Shown here in pieces: positions 27,448 through 41,058 of a DNA stretch of 64,000 bases. Made by a program: the position numbers and the translations under genes. Position 1 is the first letter of the stretch. Each line of letters opens with the position of its first letter. This stretch comes from Octopus vulgaris (lineage: Eukaryota): the NCBI GenBank assembly GCA_951406725.2, contig OX597832.1, positions 14,384,001 through 14,448,000 on the forward strand, written 5' to 3'. The notes below the pieces were generated by a model. It was not told the origin of the DNA. It saw only the letters and a list, made by a program, of their open reading frames with translations, and did not search any database.

Positions 27448-27668
27448 GCATCCTGCTGACGAGGCGACGCCAAAAGTAAATTATGATTATTTTTTTTTTA
27501 CTTACATAAGATTGCAGAAACTATGCATACTCCAGGAAAGATAGGGTTAATGTTTTTATTTTTCATTCCCTTTCAGAATTGCAACAATCAGTGGCTTTGA
27601 GATTTAACTGCTCTTTCTAGTGAATCAAATGTCCTATTAGGGTAATATTTTATGTGTTTCAATGTACA

Positions 27669-27720
<52 letters not shown>

Positions 27721-27767
27721 CATCTGCGGTAGTACCGGGTGCATTTCACGGAATCATTTTTAGGGAA

Positions 27768-28265
27768 AGAGTGGTTGTGTAAAGTGAACATAACGTAACA
27801 GTCCCGCAGAGGGAATTACACCACCGCTATATAGCCCTAGGAAGCATCGACGTTTACTGTCGGCTTTGACACATTTCGAGTGTCCTTATATTTGCAAAGG
27901 GGAGGCAAGCACCCCCACCAGCTAGAACTAGCAACCTGGAGACATGCATGTTTCTGGGTCTTGCCCATCGTCACTCCAGGGTAGCCTGTCCTCGCTAGCG
28001 GTGATACTTACCAAGCCCTTGCAAATATATCATCGCTAGCGGGGACACACTACCCTGGACTAACGACGAGCAAGACCCAGAAACATGCATATCTCCAGGT
28101 TGCTAGTTGTAGCTGGTGGGGTTGCTTGCCTCCCCTTTGCAAATATAAGGACACAGGAAATGTGTCAAAGCCGACAGGAAGCGTCGATGCTTCCTAGGGT
28201 TATATAGCGGTGTTGTAATTCCCATACGGGATTGTCACGCTATGTTGACTTTACACAACCACTCT
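27768..28265. repeat. 498-bp GC-rich imperfect palindrome (arms 27768-28006 / 28028-28265, about 90% complementary, 21-nt loop)
   Basis: Manual alignment of the left arm to the reverse complement of the right arm shows about 24 differences in about 239 nt. Confidence 0.95.
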
Positions 28266-29609
28266 ATCGCTCCACCACAGCTCATGTCTCGTTGAGACAT
28301 TTAGAAATTCAATATATCTAATTTTTAGGGAAATTTATATAAATTTATTGATTCGTATACAGCTACTATTAGACGCAGCTAAACTATCATAATGTTCTCT
28401 ATTTCTATTTCTATATTATGTAATGGATTCGAGTACAACTTTCGTGTCTCAAGGAAGCATTAGATAATTATAAAATGCAGTGATAGTGATGCAATTTAGA
28501 ATGATGTTTTTCTGGATTAATATATGTTAATAATTCTGATACATTATTGCATTCGTACCACCGAATCTACAGAATATCTAACACGTATTTTCGCTACATA
28601 CATGATAAGGAACACGTATGCAGGACAGGATACACTTTGATTCAGTTTGCATTCATTACGAGATTCAATACGTTGTCCAAACTATGCAGCATAGGTACAT
28701 AAAATATTATATAGATTATTAAAGTCTGTTTAATTAAAAAGTATCATCACCGTATGAAATTTTGCTATACAGTATTAAACGTGGAAGAAAATGAAGAAAA
28801 ATATTAAATTGTTTTCAGAAAGATAATCAATTGTTTTCCAACACCGCAATATAACTTAAACTAAAATTAGATAATGTCTGTTAGAAATGGACAAACATGT
28901 TTGTTTTATTTTATTTTGTTTCAGTAGCTGTAAAGAAAAGAGAGACTTGTGAAGCATTTCAAAAAATTGTGAAATAAAACTTTACGAAACATTGCCAAAT
29001 ATTTTGAATAAATAGGCAATAGTTGACTGACCATTGTCGAACATAACCTAAGCGCTAGAGTTTATTAAGCACGACAATAACCAATCTAATAATTGTGCAA
29101 TGTAAGCAAGTTCTGGAACAAGAAACAACGACCTTTCAAGAACTATTGAAATGATTTATCAAAATTTATGTCTCCTTACAAGTAAGAGATGACAACGAAA
29201 ACTTTATATAGCAAATGATTTTGAACGTCCATATATATGAAGATAGACACATTTCTATAGTATATACATACTCACACACGCCTACGTATGTATGCATGTA
29301 AGTATATATATTTATATATAATATATGCGTGTGTGTGTGTGTATACGAAAAAAAAACTATATATATATATATATACAAGAGACAACAATGATTGGAGGTA
29401 TGTATGTGTCTACCTCAAAGAATACGAACGGACACTGATATTTTAACAAGTACAAACATACACACAACAAAAAAAATATCTTGAAGTTTAGAGTGTAATG
29501 TACATATTCATACGAAAATGTGTTTCGCTATTCGTGTTTTGTGAAGAAACACTTGAACACTTCAAGTATCATCCATATATTTGGTGTGATAATAATTTGA
29601 GTAAATATG

Positions 29610-29945
29610 TGTTAAGAAGTTTGCTTGGAAACTAAATAGTTCCGGGTTCATTCCCACTGCGTGGCACCTATGGCTAGTGTCTTCTACTACAGGCTGTTTC
29701 CGACGAAATACTTGTGAGTTGATTTGATAGAACCGGAAAAATCCAGTCGTGTATTTATACATGCATATACACTGATATCTATATATGTATGTGTATATAT
29801 GTTTGTCGCCCCAGCATCATTTGACAACCGATTAACAGTTCGGAAAAAGAGTACAGTAGAACAAAGGATACATCTTGGGGTCGGCGTCTTTGACAAAATA
29901 CTTTTTAGGCTGTGCTTTATCGTGGCTCATGTTACATATCTGAAA
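29610..29945 (+). mobile_element. SINE family K, old diverged copy
   Basis: gttccgggttcattcccactgcgtggcacc..gtgtcttctactacag..ttgacaaccga. Confidence 0.75.
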
Positions 29946-30910
29946 CAAATCATTTAAACGTATCATGGTCTGTTTCTCATCTCTCTCTCTCTCTCATTCT
30001 CACTCTCTCTTCCTTTCTCTCTCATCCACTCTGTGTGCGTTGCTTCTCTTTCCTTCTCCCCCTCTCTCATCAACTTCTCTCTTGCTTTCTACCTCTCTGG
30101 CTTCCACCACTATGTCTCTTCCCATTATCATATAACCCGTAACAATTCTATCATCTCTGTCCTCTACATTTCTTTGACTTTGACTGATTCAGTAACGCTT
30201 ATCTCAGGCTCTGCCTACAACAAACGTTTCGTTTCGTCGCAGTTCAGTTTTTTCACCTTTCCGTCAATCTATCTATCGTACTTTTCGTTTCCACTCCACT
30301 AGAATATTTTTTATGCGTTAACTCTTATGCGCGTCATGTATTTTTCTGTTAGTAGAGTAAGAAATTGGACTAACCATCTAAAGGATGAAAATATCTGTTT
30401 TTTCTACCGGTATAAATTGCCTATGATAACCCTGGGAATACGTAAACAAGGATACTATACTCATAGGATACAAGCAATAACAATGTTTGTATGTGTTTGC
30501 GCGCGTGTGTGTGCATGTGTATGTCTTTGTGTCTGCTAGCGTGTCTAACAGCATTTTCTGCTTCCAATGTCCCTCGATGTGTTACTCTGCAAAATGGCAT
30601 GGGCCAAATATATTAAGACTTCTTTCCTCATCTCGAGGTCCTTCCTTTTCTGTTCTCTTTTATTTCATGTATTTTTCTTCTCTCCGATGAAGCTCCATGT
30701 ACCAGATTGGATGAGCAATGGAATATCATTCTAAGGAATTTGTTTCGCACCGCTGAGGGCTATCGGGAGCAAAAACGACTGTTAGAAGTGATAAAGATTT
30801 GTATCAAATTAATAATCGATGGTAGTCAATAGCAGCCACAGTTTTTTGAACAAGACGTTTCTCCAATTTCTGGTTAATTTATGTTTGTATGTGTGTATGT
30901 ATAGCTTATA

Positions 30911-31002
<92 letters not shown>

Positions 31003-31006
<4 letters not shown>

Positions 31007-31575
31007 ATAGTTATCGCCATACTAATATAGCAGTCTTATAAATATAAGTTCGCTACTGACTGTCCCAGTTCGAAGGCTTTAGCTACCTAGTATCAGTGGA
31101 ATACATCCACTTGTTTTCAATAATAGAAATATTAAAATTACCAGGTCTCTCTAAAGGAGATTACGACAGCGTTACTGGAAATTAATAGTTATCGCCATAC
31201 TAATATTTCTATTATTGAAATCAAGTGGTTGTATTCCACTGAAACTAGGTAAATAAAGCCTTCCAACTGGGACAGTCAGTAGCGACACCTGCTGGGTCTG
31301 ACTACGCTGCATTGATAAGGGGCAACAACCCTGAAACGTCGTCTGTAGCTGTCTGACTGGCAGGATGAAGCGGCTGACCTCCATTGTTCGAAGGCTTACA
31401 ATGGACGCAGTTTGTGAGTCAAATAGCTAGCTTAAGGCGATGGCCTCATGGAGCTAATCAGCGACAGCTTTAGTCTTATATTTAAAAGACTGCCATATTA
31501 GTATGGCGATAACTATCAATTTCCAGTAACGCTGTCGTAATCTCCTTTAGAGAGACTTAGTAATTTTAATATTTC

Positions 31576-31580
<5 letters not shown>
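31003..31580 (+). mobile_element. Non-coding split-inverted-repeat element carrying a hammerhead ribozyme (candidate non-autonomous DIRS/retrozyme-like retroelement)
   Basis: Inverted repeat pairs 31003-31048/31475-31520, 31050-31134/31201-31285 and 31121-31206/31495-31580; direct repeat 31003-31028/31181-31206; bounded by (GA)n and (TA)n. Confidence 0.7.
31288..31364 (+). ncRNA. Type I hammerhead ribozyme, U3-A8 core variant; predicted cleavage after GUC at 31343
   Basis: Stem I GCUGCA/UGUAGC (extended by GAC/GUC, GUC/GAC, CCUGC/GCAGG); core UUGAUAA; stem II GGGG(CAACAA)CCCU; GAAA; stem III AC(GUC)GU; C17. Confidence 0.78.
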
Positions 31581-31664
<84 letters not shown>

Positions 31665-31754
31665 GTATATATATACAGGCACACACACACACACACATAT
31701 ATATACATGTATATATGAATGTATGTATGTTTATATGTATATTTTGCATAAACA

Positions 31755-31789
<35 letters not shown>

Positions 31790-32252
31790 GAATATATAGA
31801 TATTAAATACGTGTGTTTGTACACATGATCATTTAGACTAAGATTAATTGAGTCGAGTCGCACTCCCATGAACAGCAGCACGGTTTGAAATATCTCAAAT
31901 AATATACCATTTTCAGAAGGAATAACATAAGCAAAAAAGAAACCCTCAATATTTTGAAATATAGAGGAGTGAATATATGTACAAAAGACGTGATGAGCAT
32001 GATTTCATCTCATTTTATCGTTCGACCAAAGTGAATCTAGCTGTAACAATAACAAATATCGGTATTTTATGCAAATAACCTCTGACAAATGAGAATGTGT
32101 AACATATTTCTATGTTTAAGTGTAACTATATAGTTGCCATTAGTGTCCGAACTTTGTCGTATTTTGTATTCAGTTTTATGTGCAAAGAAACTATTAAATA
32201 TACCAGAGACCATCTGCATAAATTCACAAAAATGTCATATATGAAGACATGT

Positions 32253-32320
<68 letters not shown>

Positions 32321-32538
32321 CTGTGTGTACATATATATTAACATATACATATGTATATATATAAATATATATATATATACCTACATACATATGTACATTT
32401 GTTTATATTTGTATATATGCATATATATATATATATATATATGTGCATGTGTGTGTGTCTGTGTGTACATATATATTAACACACATATATATATATATAT
32501 ATATATACCTACATATATATGTACGTATGTTTATATTT

Positions 32539-32593
<55 letters not shown>

Positions 32594-33295
32594 TACATAC
32601 ACATACGTGGTGTCTACATATAATCACACAGAAATGCACACATATACACACACACAAACGCACAGACACACTTATGTATGTTATCTACTCAATCATCAAA
32701 ATATCAATATGTAGAGAATCGACGTAGTTTCTTCCTGTTACATGGGATAAATATCGACGAAACCAGGGATAATATCCACGTTTAATGCAGTGCTGTGTAA
32801 CGTTAATGCCTATTTACAAGGTAAGCAATTGCTTTATCAAGTAGACAGATCTGTATATATGGAACAGTAGATTTGATAAGAAATCAATAAATCTGAATAT
32901 ATACACTATTCCTCATTACAAAAATTCCAGCTTCCATTACTTCACCGATATGTATGAGAATATTTGTGCTTATGTGTATTTTGTTGTTTATGTGTGTATA
33001 TATATGTGTGTCTGTGTGTGTGTGTGTGTCTGTTTGTTGTTGCCTCAGAATTGATCAGACTCTATTTCTGGATGTGGTCTTCTTTATTTTTAAACCAGCC
33101 CTTATTGAGAATACTTGTGTAAGGAATTTTTCTGAGAATCGTGTACAGAAAAACTGCACAAAACCGTTCTATTAAATAACTTAACGCGATGATGTCACAG
33201 GAATTAATTGTATACAGGTTACACTATTTGAGCAATGTGCTACATTGGCTCTTCTACACATAAGGCTCACAATTCAGAGTGAAAATATACTTATA

Positions 33296-33306
33296 GTGGT
33301 AGTAGC

Positions 33307-33370
<64 letters not shown>

Positions 33371-33400
33371 ATTGTTGTTGTTGTTGTTGATGATGATGTT
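33296..33400. repeat. (TAG)n-(TTG)n-(GAT)n microsatellite
   Basis: Direct reading of the sequence. Confidence 0.95.
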
Positions 33401-33612
33401 TTTGTTGTTGCTACAGTGATAGAAATTATAGTAGGAAAATGTACAAAACATAGGAAGACGGGAAATACAGAGGGCATATGCTGCACATCGTTCATGTAAC
33501 AATTGCAATATCGTGGCTACTTATCATGATTAAGGTTATATAGCCATTAATCCGACACAAGTATTTGCTACACAATTTGATGCCAAACAAAACATTAATA
33601 TAAAATATTCGT

Positions 33613-33651
<39 letters not shown>

Positions 33652-34038
33652 TGCACTCACACAGACCCCCTCACACACACATAAACACGCACAAACGCAT
33701 ATAAATGTAATTAGATAAAGGAGAAAAAGGATGAAATGGAATGAACTTCGTTAGCTTACTCCTATGTTTGGTAAGGATGCAGTGCATACCAATCTGGGAG
33801 ACCCTCTTTTCTTTCGTACTCCCTATACAATGTCCTACGTATTGTTTAAAGTATTTTTCAACAGTGACATTTCGTATATATAAATGCGGCCCCGAATATA
33901 CTTACACTTTATTTTACAAGCTCCGACGATGCTTGAAAATGATGCGCAAGCACTCATTCTGATTTCAATCATATTATTGGAGAAACGGCCTGAACTTAAT
34001 GAAGCCCATTTCTTTATCGCATTTTCATTTATTAAATA

Positions 34039-34433
34039 CTAGCAGTATCGCCCGGCGTTGCTCGGGTTTGTAAGGGAAGTAACTATATAAGCATTTTTAG
34101 AGATGTAAAGTATAATAGCCATCTCAATATGGCTAACCACAAAGGGCGGAGTTACTGTAGCTTTTTACGTTCTGAGAAATTAATAATACATTTTTAGAGA
34201 GTTTCTTCCCTTATATAGTAGCAAAAAAGGCATTAAAAACGGGAAGAAATGATGGTAATTTTTCTCTAAAATCGTAGACTCATCGTAGACGCGCGCTAAT
34301 ACCCAGAAGAGCTCGATATGAATCATGACTATAAGATACCCACTTTTGGTTACACTGCACCGCAAAATGTGGGAGTAGTTAGGAATCTAAATCGTATGAG
34401 ACAGACACACTACTTCTCTTTTATATATAAAGC
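34039..34433 (-). mobile_element. Short non-autonomous Helitron-like element
   Basis: Minus strand begins (G)CTTTATATATAAAAG and ends with hairpin CCCGAGCAACGCCGGG + CGATACTG-CTAG|T. Confidence 0.75.
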
Positions 34434-34568
34434 TAATTTCTTATTGCGCTCTGTACTCTATGACGTTTTATTCTGAGACATCACATCTATATTGATTTCT
34501 AACGCTGAAGTTTCACCCACGCTAAGCGAAACATCAATAATTTATTTATGCATCTATATAAATGTATA

Positions 34569-34964
34569 CTATTTTACTCTTTTACTTGTTTCAGTCATTT
34601 GAGTGCGGCCATGCTGGAGCACCACCTTTAGTCGAGCAAATCGATCCCGGGACTTATTCTTTGTAAGCCCAGTACTTATTCTATCGGTCTCTTTTGCCGA
34701 ACCGCTAAGTAACGGGGACGTAAACACACCAGCACCGGTTGTCAAGCAATGTAGGGGGGGGGAACACAGACACACAAACACACACACACATATATATATA
34801 TATACATATATACGACAGGCTTCTTTCAGTTTCCGTCTACCAAATCCACTCACAAGGCATTTGTCGGCCCGGGGCTATAGCAAAAGACACTTGCCCAAGA
34901 TGCCACGCTGTAGGACTGAACCCGGAACCATGTGGTTGGTTACCAACACAGCCACTCCTGCACC
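34569..34964 (-). mobile_element. SINE family K, full length
   Basis: Reverse complement of the 3728-4133 family. Confidence 0.92.
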
Positions 34965-34996
<32 letters not shown>

Positions 34997-35006
34997 TATA
35001 TACACA

Positions 35007-35079
<73 letters not shown>

Positions 35080-35243
35080 AATATAAGAGAGTGGTCACTA
35101 TATGGCTCACTCTAGCACCAGTTAATCCAAAAGGTTTCAACCACAAAAAATACATGCTTCCCATGAAAATCAGTACGATTGTTAGCTCACACGGATTAAA
35201 TTAGTATCTAATTCTCTCACCCTTATTAATTAATTATATATAT

Positions 35244-35313
<70 letters not shown>

Positions 35314-35319
35314 TTATAT

Positions 35320-35412
35320 TTCTTTTATTTTTTCCAGTCATTTGACTGCAGCTATGCTGGAGCAACTCCTTTAGTCGAAGAAATCGATCCCAGAACATTT
35401 GTTGGAAGCCTA
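35320..35412 (-). mobile_element. SINE family K 3' fragment
   Basis: cagtcatttgactgcagctatgctggagca..tttagtcgaagaaatcgatccc. Confidence 0.75.
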
Positions 35413-36266
35413 TAAAATGAGCATTCCCAAAGACTAAAGACTATTTACAAGCAGGATTACCGAGAAGTACAAGTAAAGGAGCACCACCAGATACAATGAT
35501 ATTTAGATGGAAAGCGAGTTAACTATGTGCTCGGTGGTTGTAAGGATGGAGCGGTTAAATGTAACCTTAAGTCAGCCATACCTTAAATTAAATTATCTTA
35601 ACTGTTACTCAAAATTCATTCTCATTGCATTGTGCGAAATTACATTTATATGCATGTAGGCATCTTGAGAGTCTTTCAGAAATTATATTAAGGATCTTTT
35701 CGCTAGAACAAAGAATAAAGAAGGATTGCTCGGAGCAGGAACAGTATCACATGGAAATTATATTTTATGGTTTCGCGTGCATTACTATGGACGAAATTAT
35801 GCTGTACTTCATTTTATTCTCCTGCAGTCGCCTTACAAAATCATCCAAAGATGTTAAATGCCTCGTATTGATTCTCTTAAGATGGATAACGATTCTTAAA
35901 TGAATCAACCGTCTGCCTAATGTGAACATACGCCTCACCACTTGAATATACGGCACACTTATGTACAAGATTTGTACTCATGCAGAGATCTATTACAGGA
36001 CATTTTTAAAATGTTTTTTTCTCTGCATAAGTCTTTATCGCCTTTATTTGTATATAATGCAGGCCGGACTCTATTTACAGATGTTGTTGCCGTGTAAGGT
36101 GTATCATAAGTATTTCTTCTACTACGACGTAGTCGTAATTGGTGTTTACCAATGCGGTTTATATCTCCTTGGTTAATATTTAGATGCATATGCTCTTTAG
36201 ATCCAGGAGGTGAGTTATTGAACCTTTGCCTCGTTTTGGTATTGTTTACGCGATGCATAAGTAGGC

Positions 36267-36317
<51 letters not shown>

Positions 36318-36319
<2 letters not shown>

Positions 36320-36684
36320 CGCAGGAGTGGCTGTGTGGTAAGTAGCTTGCTTACCAACCACATGGTTCCGGGCCCAGTCCCACTGCGTGTCACCCTGGGC
36401 AAGTGTCTTCTACTATAGCCTCGAGCCGACCAATGCCTTGTAAGTGGATTTGGTAGCCCGTCGTATATATTTATATATATATATATATATGCGTGTGTGT
36501 CTTTGTGTGTCTGTGTTTGTACCCCTAGCATTGCTTGACAACCGATGTTGGTGTGTTTATGTCCCCGTTACTTAGTGGTTCGGCAAAAGAGACCGATAGA
36601 ATAAGTACTGGGGTCGAATTGCTCGATTAAAGGTGGTGCTCCAGCATGGCCGCAGTCAAATGACTGAAACAAATAAAAGAGTAA

Positions 36685-36725
<41 letters not shown>

Positions 36726-36785
36726 CATACGCGGTGTTCCAGCATGGTCACAGTCAAATGACTGAAACAAGTAAAACAGTAAAAG
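36318..36785 (+). mobile_element. SINE family K with duplicated 3' tail (about 36731-36785)
   Basis: Full head and body; the tail ggtgctccagcatggccgcagtcaaatgactgaaac occurs twice, separated by (TA)n. Confidence 0.9.
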
Positions 36786-37358
36786 CGTATATATGTACAT
36801 ATGTATTGGGGTGTCTGTGCATGTGTGTCTGTGTATGTGTATGGGTAGGTAGGGGTTTGTTATAGGTATATGTGCATGTAACGAAATACCTATTACACAT
36901 CTAAACAAATATTTTATTGCAGAATTCTAATTCAGTGAGTTTAGGTAAGGGAATATTGTTTATCGACCATAAATTTTACATCATTGATTTTATTCAGAAA
37001 TTTAATAGTGCCATTTCAACAGATTCCAGCATGTGAAAGCGCAGCTATATGTTATTTCGCATATGAACGTACTTGTGTGACAAAGCGATTATGCAAATAT
37101 CAGTGTGTATATAGTTATCTGTGTGTTTTAGAAATTAAATCTTCTGTTGTTATAACTGACCGTCTCATAGTATATTTACAAACAACAGAAAGGTTTCTTC
37201 TTACAGAATTATATGATAAAATACAAAGAAGTGTTGAGTATGCACACTCGAAAATGTAGCCACCCTTGTTCAGAAACTATGGAAACTTAGAATTATATAG
37301 GCTTGTATTTTTCTCGATAGAATGCTTGAGTTGAAGAGAACATATCCTCTGATATGTA

Positions 37359-37685
37359 AAAAGACTCCGCCGGTTACGACGACGAGGGTCCCAGCTGATA
37401 CGATCAAAGGAACAGCCTGCTCGTGAAATTAACGTGCAAATGGCTGAGCATTCCACAGACACGTGTACCCTTAACGTAGTTCTCGGGGATAATCAGCGTG
37501 ACACAGAGAGTGACAAGGCTGACCCTTTGAAATACAAGTACAACTCATTTTTGCCAGCTGAGTGGACTGGAGCAACGTGAAATAAAGTGTCTTGCTCAAG
37601 GACACAACGCGTCGCCGGGAATCGAACTCACAACCTTACGATCATGAGCCGAATGCCCTAACCACTAAGCCACGCGCCCTCACCT
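37359..37685 (-). mobile_element. tRNA SINE with CORE-like domain (head B) + tail X, 11-bp TSD
   Basis: TSD tctgatatgta at 37348-37358 and 37686-37696; head matches the 22469 copy, tail matches the 4578 copy. Confidence 0.92.
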
Positions 37686-38344
37686 TCTGATATGTAGATT
37701 CATAGTCAATGAACTACAGGATCTGCTTAACAATGAAAGCATCAAAACACATGTGATTCACTGATGACAGAAAATGCAGTGGAGAAGCCGTCGGGTAAGT
37801 ATTAGTAAAACTTTAGCAAAAGTTCTCTAGGATGAAGTATATTATCATGTTACTTGCATCGTATGAGGTTGTGATGTGTTTTTGAATAACAACATTTCGG
37901 TTCTCAATATTTAAATATACATATCAAAATAAATTGGAAATATAAAACAAATAGAAAACTAGAATCTAGAATACCAAGTAATATTTGATAAGAAAATAGA
38001 CCTTTTGCAGATATATCAAAAGAAACAATTGGGAATTATTAATAAAAAACAAAAACAAAATTGCTAGTTTTACTATCGCTTGCTATTTGAGTGAACCACA
38101 CAATGTAACCTGAGACACAAACACATGGAAACGAGATAAAATATGTCTCCCACAACGGCTTTAATACTATAAAGTCAATGTGCATAAAATATATATTCCG
38201 CATATTTTTTTCGAAATGATAGGAAGAAAACTTCGACTGACCGCTATATTGTATCGTAAAACTAAGTCCTCCCCCCCCAAAGTTTAAAAAGGTATATTGC
38301 CTGAAGCCACAATAACAATGCACAATGTATTCAACAAGCTAAAT

Positions 38345-38425
<81 letters not shown>

Positions 38426-39601
38426 TCTATCCGTGTTTGTGTGAAATTATGTGTGTGTAATGTTTGTGTGTGTATGCATTTATACATCTCGTATACGTAT
38501 TAGTATATATAAATACAAATGCTTATGATACACAATATAAGTATATGAACACTTAAAGATAAGCCTACAAATATACTTACATATATACACATTACATATA
38601 TATACATATTCCTACACAAACACACCTATGCATATACAAGTATATGTATATTGTATATACATACATGCATTTATATACATAGATATGCATGGATGTAATT
38701 ATCTAACAACAGATATAACGCCTGTTTATGTCGTAAAATATTACGACCGCTGGTAAGTTTGTCAGCAGCGGTTTATTAATGTGGTCGGGGAATCAGGGAT
38801 TACTGAGAACAGACCAACTAAAAATGATGGCAGACATAACGATGCACATATGATCATCTGAAAATATAACAACACACACAGTCAAATAATTCCTCTCTGT
38901 TTCCATTCCCTGTCTATTTATTCTTCCTTCTCTCTCTCTCTTTCTTTATATGTATGTATATATATATATATATACATGTAGTTATATGTACAAATGCATG
39001 TCTGTAGTTATATATAGAAGTGTGTAAATGGGTGTACACGTTCGTGTGTGTGTGTGTGTTTATATCTACGCATGTTTGTATGATATGTATCTGTGCGCTA
39101 ATGTCTGGTGAGAGAAGACTTTGTGCAATATGGCTTTTGCCGTATGAAATAACATTTTTGTGCTTCAAGGATCAAACAGTCAGACAACGTACATAACTCA
39201 TACATAGGCATGTTTCCACTAGTAATGTGTATACATAATCCTTTAAAACTATGTGCACTTCTGTTGTAAATGGTGCGACGTAAATTTATGAGAGATAAAA
39301 ATGGTTGTATTCAAGCACAGACATACGGACAAACTTGTCTGCGTGTTCGTGTCAGTGTTTATACGCACACACACACACACATACACACACATATATATAT
39401 ATACATGCAGGAAAACGCGCCCATACATAAATTCAAACACACTCACACATATATATTTAAGCATAATAATATATGTATATAGATTTATGTTTGTCTTTAT
39501 CTGTGTACATATACACATGAATATATAAATGAATATATATATACATACATATATACCTATATATATACATATATATATATACATATGTATATATATATGT
39601 A

Positions 39602-39667
<66 letters not shown>

Positions 39668-40559
39668 CGTATATATATACGGATGTATGTATACATGGCT
39701 CGATACAAATGGCGTGATAAATAAAAGAAATAAAGAGGCAAAGATTGAGATAATGTCACTTGATGAGATTCAAGAACGAATATCTGCAGTAAATAGTAAT
39801 ATAGTGATGAAAAATAGTGTAAAGTACGATAACGAGAATAAAGTGTATTTAGAAATATATGAAAGAAATATATAGCGATAATGTAACAGACAGATATATT
39901 AAGAACGAACGAAAAGAAACGTAATATAGCGAGATATACATAAAAGTGAAGAAAAGAGAATAAAAGAAGAAGAGTAACGTGTAGTGATATACAAGTTAAG
40001 CGAAAAAATATGAGAGTGTGCAAAACAGAACGAGAGTAAGTGAGAATAGCAATAAAAATTTTGGCTCGTATTCACTTTATATACCGGTTTGTAAATATAT
40101 CTTTCTCTTATAAGATAATTATATCCAAAGTAAGGACATAAAAGAGAAGCAGTAAAATCCTTCATTCCAATCTATTCTATATGATGTAAAGGAATGAAAG
40201 AATACACGAGAGGTATCAAACATTGAAAACAGATACATAGATACATATAGATACACAAACTTATGCAGAGATACGAGAATATGAAATACACTCACCAGTA
40301 CACGAATGCACACACATATACTTACGCATATTAAGATTACGATTATACATATATATTTCTTTTTTCGGAAATCATATTCAGAAAGAAGTAGTTTTGGATT
40401 ATTTCTAGAATATATAACTTGGTTTTAATACAAAATCCTTTCAGACATTATTCGAGAAATACTTTGCTACACGCACCCACACACAGACGCAGATACAAAC
40501 ACACCCACAGCACACTTACACACACGCACATAAATTCATAATTCATGCACTTATATATA

Positions 40560-40624
<65 letters not shown>

Positions 40625-40772
40625 ATAGCATGCAAGTATATGTGTCCTTCTGTCTAATTACATGTGTCTTTGTGTCTCTTGTGTCTCTCACTTATACAAA
40701 TTCTCCTCCATTACCATCGGAATTAACTATTACAGATTTTAAATGGTTTTAGTAAAAGGAATTAAAAGACCG

Positions 40773-41058
<286 letters not shown>

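Noticed and set aside
27452-27485. CTGACGA-GGC-GAC-GCC-AAAA hammerhead-like string
   Set aside because: G12 is missing (AAAA rather than GAAA) and no stem I or III partner exists; it sits at the edge of a SINE remnant.
35960-36265. Possible PLE GIY-YIG C-terminal relic on the minus strand
   Set aside because: No catalytic motif is retained; only vague compositional resemblance.
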